Of a DNA stretch of 64,000 nt, positions 1-12,141 are shown one piece after another. The notes under the pieces are model-generated. The model was not told where the DNA came from. It was given only the letters and a program-made list of their open reading frames with translations, and did no database searches. A program made the translations under genes and the position numbers. How positions within the stretch are numbered: position 1 is the stretch's first letter; every line of letters starts with the position of its first letter. Origin of the DNA: Amoebophrya sp. A120 (taxonomy: Eukaryota > Protista > Dinoflagellata); contig CAJINV010000001.1 of assembly GCA_905178155.1 (NCBI GenBank), positions 1,539,904 to 1,603,903 of the forward strand. Direction: 5' to 3'.

Positions 1-348
1 GGGGAAGGCGGGAAGCACGGAGAAAGCGGGAAGCACGGGGAAGGCGGGAAGCACGGGGAAAGCGGGAAGCACAGGGAAAGCAGGTAGGAAGCACGGGGAA
101 AGCACGGGGAGAGCGGAAGGCACGGGGATAGCGGGAAGCACGGGGAAAACGGGAAGCGCGGGGAAAGCGGGAAGCACGGGGAAAACGGGGCGCGCGGGCA
201 AAGCGGGAGGCACGGGAAAGCGGGGCGCACGGGGAAAGCGGGGGGCACGGGGAAAGCGGGAAGCACGGGGAAAGCGGGCAGCACGGGGAAAGCGGGAAGC
301 ACGGGGAAAGCGGGAAGCACGGGGAAGGCGGGAAGCACGGGGAAGGCG
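1..348 (+). repeat. 18-bp G-rich tandem repeat (GCACGGGGAA[A/G]GCGGGAA)n, left part
   Basis: Directly visible degenerate tandem units running off the window start. Confidence 0.95.
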
Positions 349-1164
349 TCAGGTAGAGGGCCCCGGGGCCATTTTGCAGGCTAAAAAATGGCTAAATTCT
401 TCGGCTTTTCGAAAAAGCGAAAGCCGTGGGGATCTGCTTGGGGCGTTCCCCGGGTGCAGCCGGCGCGCCGCGGTGTTTTTCGGGGCCCTGGTAGCTTCGC
501 GGGCGGGCGGTTTGGGCTTTCGCTTTTCGGTTCTGTGGCGCCTGGCTAGCTTGGCAGCAGCGTACCAGGAGGCGGCGCCCAAGCGCCTAGACCCGTGTGG
601 GTTCGCCGAGTCAGCGCGCCAACAGGACCCGACCCATAGTATTTCGCAAGACCCGGCAGACGGGCACGGGGTATGTCCGAGGGTATGGGAACGTCCTTTG
701 TCACCGCCGGCGAGATCTTCGAAATCTTGGCTAAATTCGGCACCATAGGGATTTCCCTAAGGTTTTTCGCGTTTTGCTTCTAAATCTTTGCCGGGGACCC
801 ATTCCGGCAGGTGGCATCCGGGTCGTTCCAGAAAGAAATTAGCAGGGAAAATAGACAACGCAAATAGACATGAAAAATAGAACACAAAAATAGACAAAAA
901 AATAGACGGTCAAAATAGAATGCCAAAAATAGAACAAATTTAGAAGGTCATCCGGGACGGTCTTCTATTTTTGAAAATTTAGAGGGTTCTGCGGCAGGGC
1001 GATTGTTTGTGTAGGATTTGGATGAAGGGTGGGGGCCTGCCCCTCTGCCGGCTCCTGTGCCTCCAGCCGGCGCTACCGGGTCGCGGGCGGTCGTGCTTTT
1101 TCAAAATCCAGAAAAAAAATAGAAGAAAATTAGAAGCACCCACCGCCCCGGGCCCTCCGATTGA
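349..1164. mobile_element. 816-bp non-autonomous TIR element (MITE-like) inserted in the satellite
   Basis: Left end TCAGGTAGAGGGCCCCGGGGC; reverse complement of right end TCAATCGGAGGGCCCGGGGC. AAGGCG at 343-348 and 1165-1170. Satellite resumes in register afterwards. Internal AAAATAGA[C/A] repeats at ~847-935. Confidence 0.7.
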
Positions 1165-1332
1165 AAGGCGGGAAGCACGGGGAAAGCGTGCGGGAAACAC
1201 GGGGAAGGCGGGAAGCACGGGGAAGGCGGGAAGCACGGGGAAAGCGTGCGGGAAACACGGGGAAGGCGGGAAGCACGGGGAAGGCGGGAAACACGGGGAA
1301 AGCGGGAAGCACGGGGAAAGCGGGAAGCACGG
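1165..1332 (+). repeat. 18-bp G-rich tandem repeat, right part
   Basis: Same unit as 1-348; translates as GKHGE(G/S) repeats in spurious ORFs. Confidence 0.95.
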
Positions 1333-3457
1333 GCGGGCGGAGGGCGCACAGAAGGCGGGGGGCATGGGTTCGCTGGAAACGGCGCCGGCGGCCTAGCACC
1401 AGGCGGGCAGCTGCCCACCGCCCTCCCCCGGCGCCCTCCCTCTGTTCGCGAAGGGGAAACCGCGCCCCAGCAAGCACCAGGCTTGCAGGCGAGCAGCTGC
1501 CCACCACCCTCCCCCGGCGCCCCCCCTGCCTGCCTCTGCTCACGAGGAGGCCGGCAGAGGGCGCCACCGTCCGCCGTCTCTGTCTTGGAGGGTGCGCGCG
1601 AGGGAGGCAGACGGGGGCGGGGCAGATTTCGCGCGAGCTAACGCGGGGGGTGCCGTTGTTGTCCGGGGGTGCTGGGGGAGGGTGGTGGGCCCCTGCGCCT
1701 GGGGGGCAATGGCTGCCCCGCCCCGGCGCCCGTCCTCCATCCACGCGCGCGGCAGGGGCATCAGCGAGCCCCTTCTCTGCAAGGCTGCGCGCGGGAGAAG
1801 GGCGGGGGGGGCACCAAGGCGCGCAGGGGCGGGGCACACAGGGGGCAGGCGGCACGGGCGGGCCACACCGCAAACGCGCGGGCGGGGCGTCACGTGCCAG
1901 CGCCTCGCATGGCGCGGACTATTAGTTCCCTTGCCTCCTTCCCCCGTCCACTGGCGCCCGCCCGCTGCCGCGCTTTGCGTTGTTGCTTGGGCCTAAGGCT
2001 TGCCGCCACGCAAACGCGCGCCCAGTGCGGGCGGGGTCCTCGCGCTCGCGCAACGACGGGAACCACGGGCGCCCCATGGCGCTCCGCCTTCGTTCGTTCA
2101 GCAAGAAGCGGCGCAGATGCCTGGCCCCGTCCTGCATCAAAAATTTTCTCCCTTGCCCACCCTCTGGCGTTTTTCTTTCCCCCCTGTCCACTCGTTCACC
2201 CTCCCACTACGCGACATAAGCTGCAGCCTTAGTAGCTGTTCAAGATTGCGGAGTATTACTTGCAGCGTACTATAGCCGTTCCTTCACTCCAGGCACAAGA
2301 GAAGGCACGTGCACTGCGCATCAAGAAATTGAATCTTTCGAACCTGTGTCCGAGCACGGCAAGGTTTTTGTGCCACCTTGTTTTATGGCGTAGCGCAGTA
2401 CCGGTCTTGGACGTCGTGGCATGATCTTCAACAGGAGAAGACGCTTGCAGTCCGATCACAACAAGCACAGTACTGCGCACTTTGATAGTAAGTATCCATA
2501 TCTATTGTATTTTCTGTGACAGCACGACCACTCGGAGTCAACAGCAATCCAGTACTTCTGCGGCGTCCCAGATTTTCAGTGCAAAAAGCGGATCCATGTC
2601 CAGCATTCCTTTTCATTTTCGCGTACTTAAAAGATGAAGTGCGAGAATAAGTAATGAATTTCTGTCCCCGGCGTAGTTGTGTTGTCCCTTGCATAACTAC
2701 ATAAATCGAACGAGGTCCTCGCCCAATGAACTATCACAACTTTTTACAGGAAGCAACTTTTTCTGATGACGAGTCTCTGACGAGTCAAGGCGACACAACA
2801 TACATAGCTGTAGAAGCTCCTCAGTACATTGCTTCAGAAAAAAATTTTTGACCGCAACACACGAACACAAATATATAATATCCGCTTGGACTCCACGCAA
2901 CAAATACAACCTAAACTCCTGATTATAAGCGGCCACAACTCTAGGTGTAGGCAAAATAAAAAGAAGTAGGCCCAAATTTTTACTTTTAGCTTTCTGTTTC
3001 TATACAACAAAAGAAGCGCCGCGCACGGAAAAAAAAATCGCGAACCCGAGTTGGCTTAACCGGATAGACTAGCTCCATCACCATCGGTGGATCCACAAGT
3101 TGTGTACTTAAGTATCTCTTTTGTTACCACGACGTATGTAAGAAGCTACAACGGCATCAAGTTCAAGCAGCAATCCCACAACGTTTCACTCAAGCAACCG
3201 TGACTCTGTCTCTGGATCTGCCTTTTTGTTTCTTTTTTCTTTGTATTTTTCTGAAGCGTATTTGCCTTTCGCGCACGTACTACATTCACAGCAACGTACA
3301 AGTACTAGAATCCTCGCGTCGTAGCTCGCATAAACAAACTAAAGGATCTTTTTCAATAATCTTCTCAAAAGAAAACACGTTTTACAACGCTAACGCATCG
3401 TGGATCTCAATTTTTTCAAAAACAACAGCTACCTCAAAAAAAGATAGAAGCGTGGAA

Positions 3458-6400
3458 ATGATCATCTCTTCCACGGGCCAACATCCCGAGGATGCCGATG
3501 GCGCGAGCCTCGAGCAGCTTCTGTATGGTGAAAGTGCGCCAGCGCACTACCACAACCCCGACGGCCAGCTGGGAGCGGGAGCTTTATCGGAGGCAAAAAT
3601 CGCATTTTTTGTAGACGAGCAGGCAGCTGTGAGTCTGAGTCCCCAGGGTGTGAAAATTATTCAAATAACTGCTCAGTGCAGCAAAGAAGGCAACACTCGT
3701 TCGGTTCTCCTTTCTTTGCTCTGGTGAAGTTGTAAGTTCTCCGCTAACACTGTTCGGCGGTTTCTTTTGCGGGACTAGATTGCATCCTCACAGGGTCGGT
3801 TAAGTCCAGATGCACGTCGACCTCGTTGATGCATTGGTGACTCAGACGAGGCCCAAAAAAGTCATACGAATCGCTTTGTTGTCTCTTTCATAACACCACC
3901 AGGCCGGTGCTGGAGGTGGAGCGCAGACGGGAGGTGGAGTGCAAGATGACCTCTTTTCCTACCTGCTTTCCGGTGCTAGTACGACTCCTGGCGGTTGTTC
4001 TGCTACCGGTGAACATCATGACGGGAACTACCACGGGAGTACAACAGAGAACAACATGACCCGCGCGGAGACGCTGCAGTTCCTGGAGTCTTTCATGGAC
4101 AGCAGGCAGAATCAGCACCAGGGCGGCGGTGGCGTCGAAGAGGTGGTGCCGGGCAACAGGGGAAACGCAGGAGGCAAAGCCGGGGCAGGTGGTTGGGGCG
4201 GCAACTATAATAACAACAAAGGCTCCTCCTCCACCTCCTCCGGCCCCCAGAACAACGGGCATGATTTGTTGCAGGCGTTTCTGCAGGAAGCGAGTGGAGG
4301 AACATCGTCGTCGAACAATACGACCAACCAGCAGGGCGGGGGCAAGAACCACGTTGCGTCAGCTTCTGCCAAGTCCGGGAGCGATCTCACGGCCTGGCTC
4401 GCGTCCATCAATGAGCCGCAGCAGCCGGCAAATCCACTTTTGAGTCCTCCGGTGACTACGACAAGCGGCAATGGTATGTGTTTTCAATCCAACGCAAATA
4501 ACTTTCGCGGTGGTCAACACCCATATGGCAAGGGAGCAGAGAACATGAACATGCTGGCCGCAGGAGCCCACAAAGGCAGCGCGGACAAGTCCGGGTGCAG
4601 CGTGCCGAATGGAATGGGCGACTTGCACCACCTGCAACCGCAGAAAGGAAGGGGGGGCGGTATTTGTTAGAATCAATTGAATGATTTGTGAACGTAATGG
4701 AATCCAAGAATCGTACTCATGGATGATAAATTCGCAATCGCATTTGACTGTCATGTTTTTTGCTATTCTTGCGTGAGCGATATATGTTCGAAAAACGGAG
4801 AAACTTTTTACGTTTATTCATACTTCTAGGCTATGGATCTGCTCTCGCTTATGCTTCTCCTGCTTGTTCTCCCAACCTCGGACCCGCGGGCAACCCCCAA
4901 CAACATGCGAGTAACGCCTGGACGAATAAAGGTTCTGCTGGCACTCCCCTTCACCACCAGCCGCAGCCGTTCAGTAAGGGTGGCGGTCCGTCCAATGCTC
5001 TACCACCAGGCGGAGGAGGTGGTGGACCCTTGTACAACAAAAACAGCGGCATGTTGGGTCAGCACCAGCACCAGGTTAATAACGGGGGTATGGGCAATAA
5101 AGGAAATTCTGGCTACAACAGCAGTTTCAACGGCGCCTGGACAACGACCTCTTCAAACGGGAAACAGCACAACAATCCTACCCCAACCATGAGATTTACC
5201 GGGCCCCCGCACCAGGGTAATAAAGGTAGTACACCGAACCACACCCCCCCGCCGCCTCCACCCCCACCTCCGGCCCCGGTGCTGCCTTGTTCCGGAGGTA
5301 AGCCGCATCAATTCCACAGCTACGGCACTCCAGGAGGAGCCCCGGGATCCTCCAACAATGGCCCAACGATCGTCAAAGGCGGTCAACTGCCCTCTGCGGC
5401 TTGTTCCCCTCATCAACACGGTGGTCCCGTAGTTCTGTCGGGCGGAGTACCGCAGCCCCCCCAACCTCCGTTCCAGCCCTACAGCAACGGTCAGCAACAG
5501 CAGAAGGGCACCACAACTGCGTACAATCCCGCTGGTGCTCCTTTCGGGACCACGACCACGGGCGGCACGCTCAATCCGTCCCCGGGGACGACCGGTACTT
5601 GTTCGTCCATGCTAGGTGCAGCAATGCAGCCTGGCACGCACGGTGGAGGTGGAAAAATGATGCCGAATGGTGGTGCAAAAGGACCACAACAACTCGGTCA
5701 TCAACCGCAGCAGCACATGCCGCACCGCGGTGGGACGCTGTCCGCCACGACGACCCCACACACCAGCCCGCTACTCGGTCCAGGAGCTCCTGGTAACAAG
5801 AGCTTCTACAATAGTACCGGGAACACGATGAACAAGGGTTATCAGCCCACGAAGTACGCTACAAATTTGAACAAGGCCGGGGCTGGTAAAGGCGGGGCAC
5901 TTGTTCCCTTGACAACTGGAGGCACCTCGATGAACACGTCTTTCAAAGGGACCGGGACTGGAGGTAATATTAACATGCAAGGGCAGGGAACTTCCTCTAG
6001 TGGTGCCGCCGTCCTCCTTGTTTCCGAAGATAGCACTACCAGTACTAACGCAGGCGCGGGGAAACAAGACGTCGACCATTTTCCCAGTACTACATCCGCA
6101 GGAGCTGCGAAGAGCAGTCCCCCGTTCGTCGCTGTGAGCGCCCCCGTCCGTACCACGAGCACCAAAGCAAGCTCCATTTCCACGGTCGCGCACCAGCTGA
6201 CCGGGGACCGTGTGATAACTACCACGGCCAATGGAACGCTGCACTGCGACCTCGTGGTGACGACCAAGGGCGGCGGCGGGCCTGGAACTTCATCCGTGAC
6301 TGCGTCGCCAGCACTGAGCGCCGCCTCGGTGGACTCATCTTGTTCGGGGCGAGACAATGTCGCTTGTTCCACGATCGTGCTGGAACAAAATCCAGGTGGA

Positions 6401-9400
6401 CCTGCAGGTGAAGAAATGACACAGCTGAAGATCATCATACGGTCTTGGCGTTCGCATGGCGCCCTGATATACTTAATAAGGCCAGCGGTTCTTGTGAAGG
6501 AACTAAACACCGCTCGAATTCTATTTGGCAAGAAAGTTTATATCTTGGTTGAATTTGTTGAGATCAGATGAGATGAACCTTAACCTTTTTTAGCTTGATA
6601 TAATACTTCAAACAAAAAAATCTTAGGCGACACGACCCAGCACGGCGAGATGTTGAAAAACAACCCGGATGGACTTTTTGTCAAGCCAGAGAACAACAAG
6701 CAGCCCAAGGACCCTGCGCGCGACGCGCTGTTGGCAAAGATGCGGGCCTATCCGCCCCTGCCGGAGATTGGCGACGAGGCGTCGCCAGGGACGCTGCGCG
6801 GCGGCGATCTGATCCTGCCGCCGTCCTCGGTCATTGCTGAAACTTTGGAAAACGACCGGGCGATGCGCAACGTGCAGACGGCAGTGGATAATATCAAGGA
6901 AAAGCAAACCGGAGGGAACAAAGAAGACGATATTACAACTATTGCGGAGAAAAACACCCGGGCCGGATCGAATTACAGCAGTACGAATAGGTATCGAAGA
7001 AACATGATGGAAATAGGAGTGTTTCTTGAGCAAGTGGTTGGTGTTTGATTTGAGAATTACAATTATCTAGCGCATGTGGAATGCCATTGCGAATGCATTT
7101 GCATGGAAATAAACTACATGATCAGATGAAAAGTTCTAAGTAAAGGTGTCAAATACAAACTTACAGCCCGGGTGGAGGTGGTGTCACCCAGACCGACGGC
7201 AACAACTCTTCTGGCGACAGCACCGCTAGCAGTGGGAAGAACGAGAACAACCACTCACCAGCAGCAGAAAAGAAGAACTTTCCAGGCCAGGAAACCCATG
7301 GCTGTTCCTCGTCCACGGCTCATTCGGGGACTACCGAGGCCGAAGCGACAGCGAGCACTTCTTTTGGGAACAACAACTTGGTAACCGCGGCAAGCCCAAG
7401 CGTTACCGTTACGACGACGGTAGCTGCTGACGACGGCTGTAGCGACGACGCTCGTGTTGATCTTCATGCTGTTGGAGGAGATCATATTTCTTCGAATACC
7501 GAATCTATGACAAGCAAAAATGCAACCAAAAATACAAATGGCACTTCGACGACGACGACTTCTGAGCAAGAAGATAACAACATTGACGACAAAAATCAAC
7601 TCACGGCCTGTCCGTTGAAAAAAATGAACTACGCGAAAATGTTTCCCTCTGTATCGTATCAACTGCAAAAATGTCTGGGTCAGGAAAGAATGGGATTTGT
7701 GATGCTACCTTTGGACTTTGGATAATGATAAAATCTGTATTGCATGAACAGCATAAAGGGTGCAATTTGTGCTACGCGGAGAGGGCATTTCTCATGCGGT
7801 ATGAGTATCAGAAAGCCCTCGCAGAATCTCAGATGCTAGGGCATGCATCACAGACCTCATGGGTCATGGAAAATCTGCATGACATCTTCCAGACCCAGAC
7901 ATTTTTACATTTGATATATCGCAGAGCAACACAACTAACACAACCTCGTCCACTTCTTCGAAAGCTAGTTCACCCGGCCCGGTACCCTACCACTTGTGCA
8001 ATCGCCCTGGTGGAGGTCCCTACGCGAATTATAAAGGCGGGAATCAACACAGCAAGATGAATGAGTACCACCAGCACAAGGGTACCAGTGGTAAAAACAC
8101 GACAAAGCGCGGCGGGGGCTACAACTGGCAGGCGAATCTGCAGAATGTTTTGCGATCTTCGCCCGCGGTGGGTAGTACCGCTGTGGGGGAGCAAAAGGAA
8201 GATGCTGGAACGGAGTCGAACCTTTTCAAACTGGTCTCCGAGGTCATCGAAAGTAACGAACAGAAGGGCCAGAGGGAACAGGCAGCGAGACCTGCATCTG
8301 CGTCGTCGTCAGGAGGGGCAGATAGTGCTAGTGCAGAACAGAAGGACCACACGGTCAATGAGGTGGACCAGCCTGACGCAAGAAGTTGCCACGAGTTCCA
8401 AAAACAGGATGGTTTTGCGGTTTCCTCTCCTTCTCGTGACGGAGACAAAAAGGAGGTACTGAACGAAACGATGAATAATTGTTCGGAAGATGATGTTGAG
8501 CGGATGGCCGATGCTGAAATAAGCAGGTTGAATAAAATATTGAACGGAGAACCAGGGAAGGAAGATCCTACTGGAGAAGGGCAAGCGGTTCCGAAAGAGG
8601 GTGGGAAGAGGAAGCGGACGTCTCAAAGTGCAGCTACAATGGTTGCTGCAAGGGACGATAAAAGCTTTTTCGCACCCGAAGAGGGTGAGTCGGGACGGGA
8701 AGTGGCTGCAAGAACTGGTGCACAAGAACCAGATCTACTTTATTCCAGCGGTGCGAAAAAGCAAAAAGTCGACCACAGTCCACTGGAAACGACGGGCTCC
8801 TTCTCTCCGCACGAAATTGATTCTGAGTTGCGCGTCAGAACTTTGAAGATGGGGGGAGAAGAAAATAACGCGACCACTGGTGCAACATCGAAAAGTTCAG
8901 CGGTAGGGTCGTTGGGTATTAACCCGTCGACTACAGAAGGACCAGTAGAAGGAGTGCAATTCCCCACGACCACCACGTATCAGGGGTCGTTCGAAGACGA
9001 TATGTTGTTTTTTTCTACCGCCACCGATGAAGACTGCGTGTCCTGGGGGCAGACGCGCCTGCAGGATTGGTTTTCCTCAACGTCGGGGCAGAAAATGTCC
9101 CAGATGCAGAACATTCTCACCCCGTCCTACGCGACGAAGAATACCAGTCCGGTCGCCTCCGAGCCGCACACCACCACCGCATTGTCCTCGTCCAACGCAA
9201 CAACTTCTGGAGCAGGAGCTTCTACCACGACGACTGCTACAAAAACGACCTCAGAAATAAAGCAAACAAAGCATAATCATGCGAAAGCTGAAAACACTAA
9301 CACTTCCTCCCTAGCAATGAAAGTGAACCAGGCAACCAAGGAAGCGATTAATGGAGGCCCGAAATGGGGCGACCATTTGTTCGGCGGCGGTGGTGGAGGA

Positions 9401-9532
9401 CTTAGTGCCGCGGGAGATCATTCAGCCACCTGCTCCATCGGACAGATCGCACTCCCCCTGCCACAAGACGAAGAGTTTACGCCCGGAGGAGGCTTGCGAG
9501 ATCCCTTCGCTAAATTTTCCATGACTCTCTAG
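3458..9532 (+). CDS. Low-complexity G/P/Q/N/T-rich protein of unknown function, ~1656 aa; exons 3458-3628, 3903-4659, 4830-6407, 6627-6990, 7167-7656, 7922-9532
   Basis: Four GT-AG introns plus one introner join ORFs 3939, 4760, 6650, 7378 and 7994 in frame (4971 nt). Confidence 0.7.
7657..7916. mobile_element. Introner family A (non-canonical intron)
   Basis: TATCAACTGCAAAAATGTCTGGGTC...GACCCAGACATTTTTACATTTGATA; direct repeat TATCG/TATCG; removal gives FPSVS|QSNTT in frame with ORF 7994. Confidence 0.92.
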
Positions 9533-10528
9533 TGGGTCAGCGCAAAAATGGAGACTCGCGCTCGAAATTATCGGGAGGATATTTTTCGGTAAAGTTTTCT
9601 TTGGATTGCAACAAACCCAACGACGGAAGTAGAACCCTAGTACGTAGACTTTATTAAAACCCAACGAAACTGCGACACAAGATTGAATGAAAAGCGCTTC
9701 TATCCGTATGAGTATAGGACGTTTCAGAAAAATAATGATGAAAATCAAAATTCAGGAAATTACTATTGGATTTGCAAGCAGGTGCAGGAGTTTTCGCTGC
9801 TCGCAATTCAGCCGAAGGCTAAGGACATAGTACCAACATTTCCGAGCTAGTACATCTAAAATTATGCTGTATACGTATATTAGTATTAGACGAACTACCC
9901 CTAAAAGAATTCCGACGTGAAACTTGCTTTTCACAAATAAATCCTCACCACACGAAGATTACGATGCCAGTTTTGCGACACCTAATTTTTTTAAGTAGCT
10001 GCACATCGCCGAGGCAAACAGCTAGCGCAAACGCAGTGCTGCGTTTTCAGTTACCTTCGCCTGCGGTGAACTACATCACAGTGCGCCAGCCCACAACTTT
10101 TTTAGTATTGGCCTTCAATCTAGACGCAACTGTATACCGAGGGGACGAGCGTAGGACGTATGCTCTACCTAGTAAAATTCGCTCTTGTTCTAGACAAAAG
10201 ATTTGTCACTTTCTTGCTATGCGAAAAATATAGACAACGACTTAATCTCAACCGCGAAAGTGGCGGCTTGCTTCAGGCACCCGGGACAATCGGTTGTCTG
10301 TTGCGTCGCAGAACTTTGATTTGATGAACACAATCAAAGTAGAAGTACAAAGTTGTCGTGTACTAGCGCATGTAGCTGTAAATAACCAAGGTCGCGTCTT
10401 CACTCTTCGATTTGGAATCACTTCGAAAATGCTGCGTGAGAGGCAGAATAACTCGATACACAAGGGTGACCTCCAGCTTCGAATGCTAGTCATCTCATGT
10501 TTTCCGAAATCGATCTCCCAACAAAACT

Positions 10529-10809
10529 TATCAAATGCAAAAGTGTCTGGCTCTGGGCCTGGAAGGTTGGAACTTGTCGTGCTAACTTTGGACTCTAAAA
10601 AAATCTGTATTGCATGACCAGCGAGACGAGGAGCGTAGTTTGTGCGACGCGGGGAGGGCATTTGTCGTGCGGAGTAGGCATCAGGAAGCCCCCTAGAATG
10701 AAATCTGTGATGGTAGGTCGTGCATTACAGACATCCTGGGTCATGCAAAATATGCATGACACACCCGGCAGCGGCAACATTCCACACCCAGACACTTTTG
10801 CATTTGATA
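10529..10809. mobile_element. Introner family A; host gene unclear
   Basis: TATCAAATGCAAAAGTGTCTGG...CCAGACACTTTTGCATTTGATA; direct repeat AAACT/AAACT; body similar to the 7657 and 23280 copies. Confidence 0.92.
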
Positions 10810-12141
10810 AAACTCATACATAATCATTGGTGAAGTGGAAGTTTATAGGAAGCGAAGCTAAGTATTACTAGTGAACTACGATGGAAATAACAGCCGCTTT
10901 TGTGGCACAATAAAGCATCCTTCGAGCAGCCGCGCTGCGGAACGAGTACAAATAGAACACGCGACGGCTACAGTTCCTGCACCTCGCAGCAGAGCTGCAA
11001 AAAATGAACCAATGTATGCAGTAATGCTCCTCGAACGACTTCTACGAACGATTACCAAGTAGAACGAAGGAATCAATAAAGCGACGTATGATGTACTGCT
11101 ACGGACCGATGCGACAAATATTTAGTATTGATTGTGCCCTACCACAGCTAACGACTATACAAGTACTTATTTTTCTAACTCCGGTTAGTAAAAAGGGATT
11201 TTATATTGCACTGTTTGGGTAGTAGTATAACGCTCGCTCTGGTAGATCCCGGTAGGAGCACAAAAGCCGCAAAGGTACCAGGCTCTGTTCGCAGATGCTG
11301 GACGACCCGATGGATGATCTGCCTAATTGTGTGGCGCTACTTATTTTCATTTAAGCAATACTAAACTTGTTTCAAACAAGTTTGCGTGTGGTCGGCTTGC
11401 TAGTAAGTTGAAGTTGTTACCGTTGTTATCAAACGTGTTTTGTCGTGTCTTCTCGACTATTCATCTTGTGGTCGTCGTCCAGTCCTTGTCGTTATTCGTA
11501 GCTCTGCTCATCTTCTCTCTCGCTGCGAATATTAAGAAAACCAAGTGATCGTTCATGATTCTCTGGCACGAGGAACACGAAAACCGGTCGCATGAAGCAG
11601 CACAGAAATCGTATTCGTATGATTTTTGAAGCGGTCGTTATTTCTGTGTGTCGCGCCACAGCCCTCCTGCAGATCATCCGGTCAGTAAACTACTCTCTCA
11701 GAAGAATGAAACTACACCGCTCGCGACCGCTGTGATGATCAGCATTTTACGATTTTTTGATGAAAAATCAGTATATGAAAAAACAATGTTTTTGACGCGC
11801 AGTGGAGCAGCAGATGAGTCGATTTGTAAGTCGAGCTCCTCCCCAACTCTTGCTACTATTACTCACATTGATAACCCACATTTCAGCCCGTCGTGTCGTG
11901 TAAGTTGAAGTTCATTCTCCTAGAAAGAAATATTTTATTGAGGCGTCGACAGAGCAAGCACGATACTATAATAAAATACTAGTTTTTTCCACAACTTTAA
12001 CTTTTACAACTTTGTTTTTTGTGACCTGTTGGCGTTGTCTGGCGAGCTAAAGCCGATAAAGGGCCAAAGCCAAGAGTACCCCAAAGATGAATCTGAATCA
12101 CAGCCACCAAGAACAAAAAAAGTAAAGAGCCGAATGAAAAA

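Noticed and set aside
365-400. GCCATTTTG and AAAATGGCTA resembling the dinoflagellate spliced leader
   Set aside because: Only 9-10 nt match; no full CCGTAGCCATTTTGGCTCAAG seen anywhere in the window.
1-1332. Repeat array as a CRISPR or telomere
   Set aside because: No unique spacers and no cas genes; the unit is 18 bp, not a TTTAGGG-type telomeric repeat.
349-2275. Many overlapping R/P/G/A-rich ORFs
   Set aside because: Expected artefacts of tandem repeats and very high GC.
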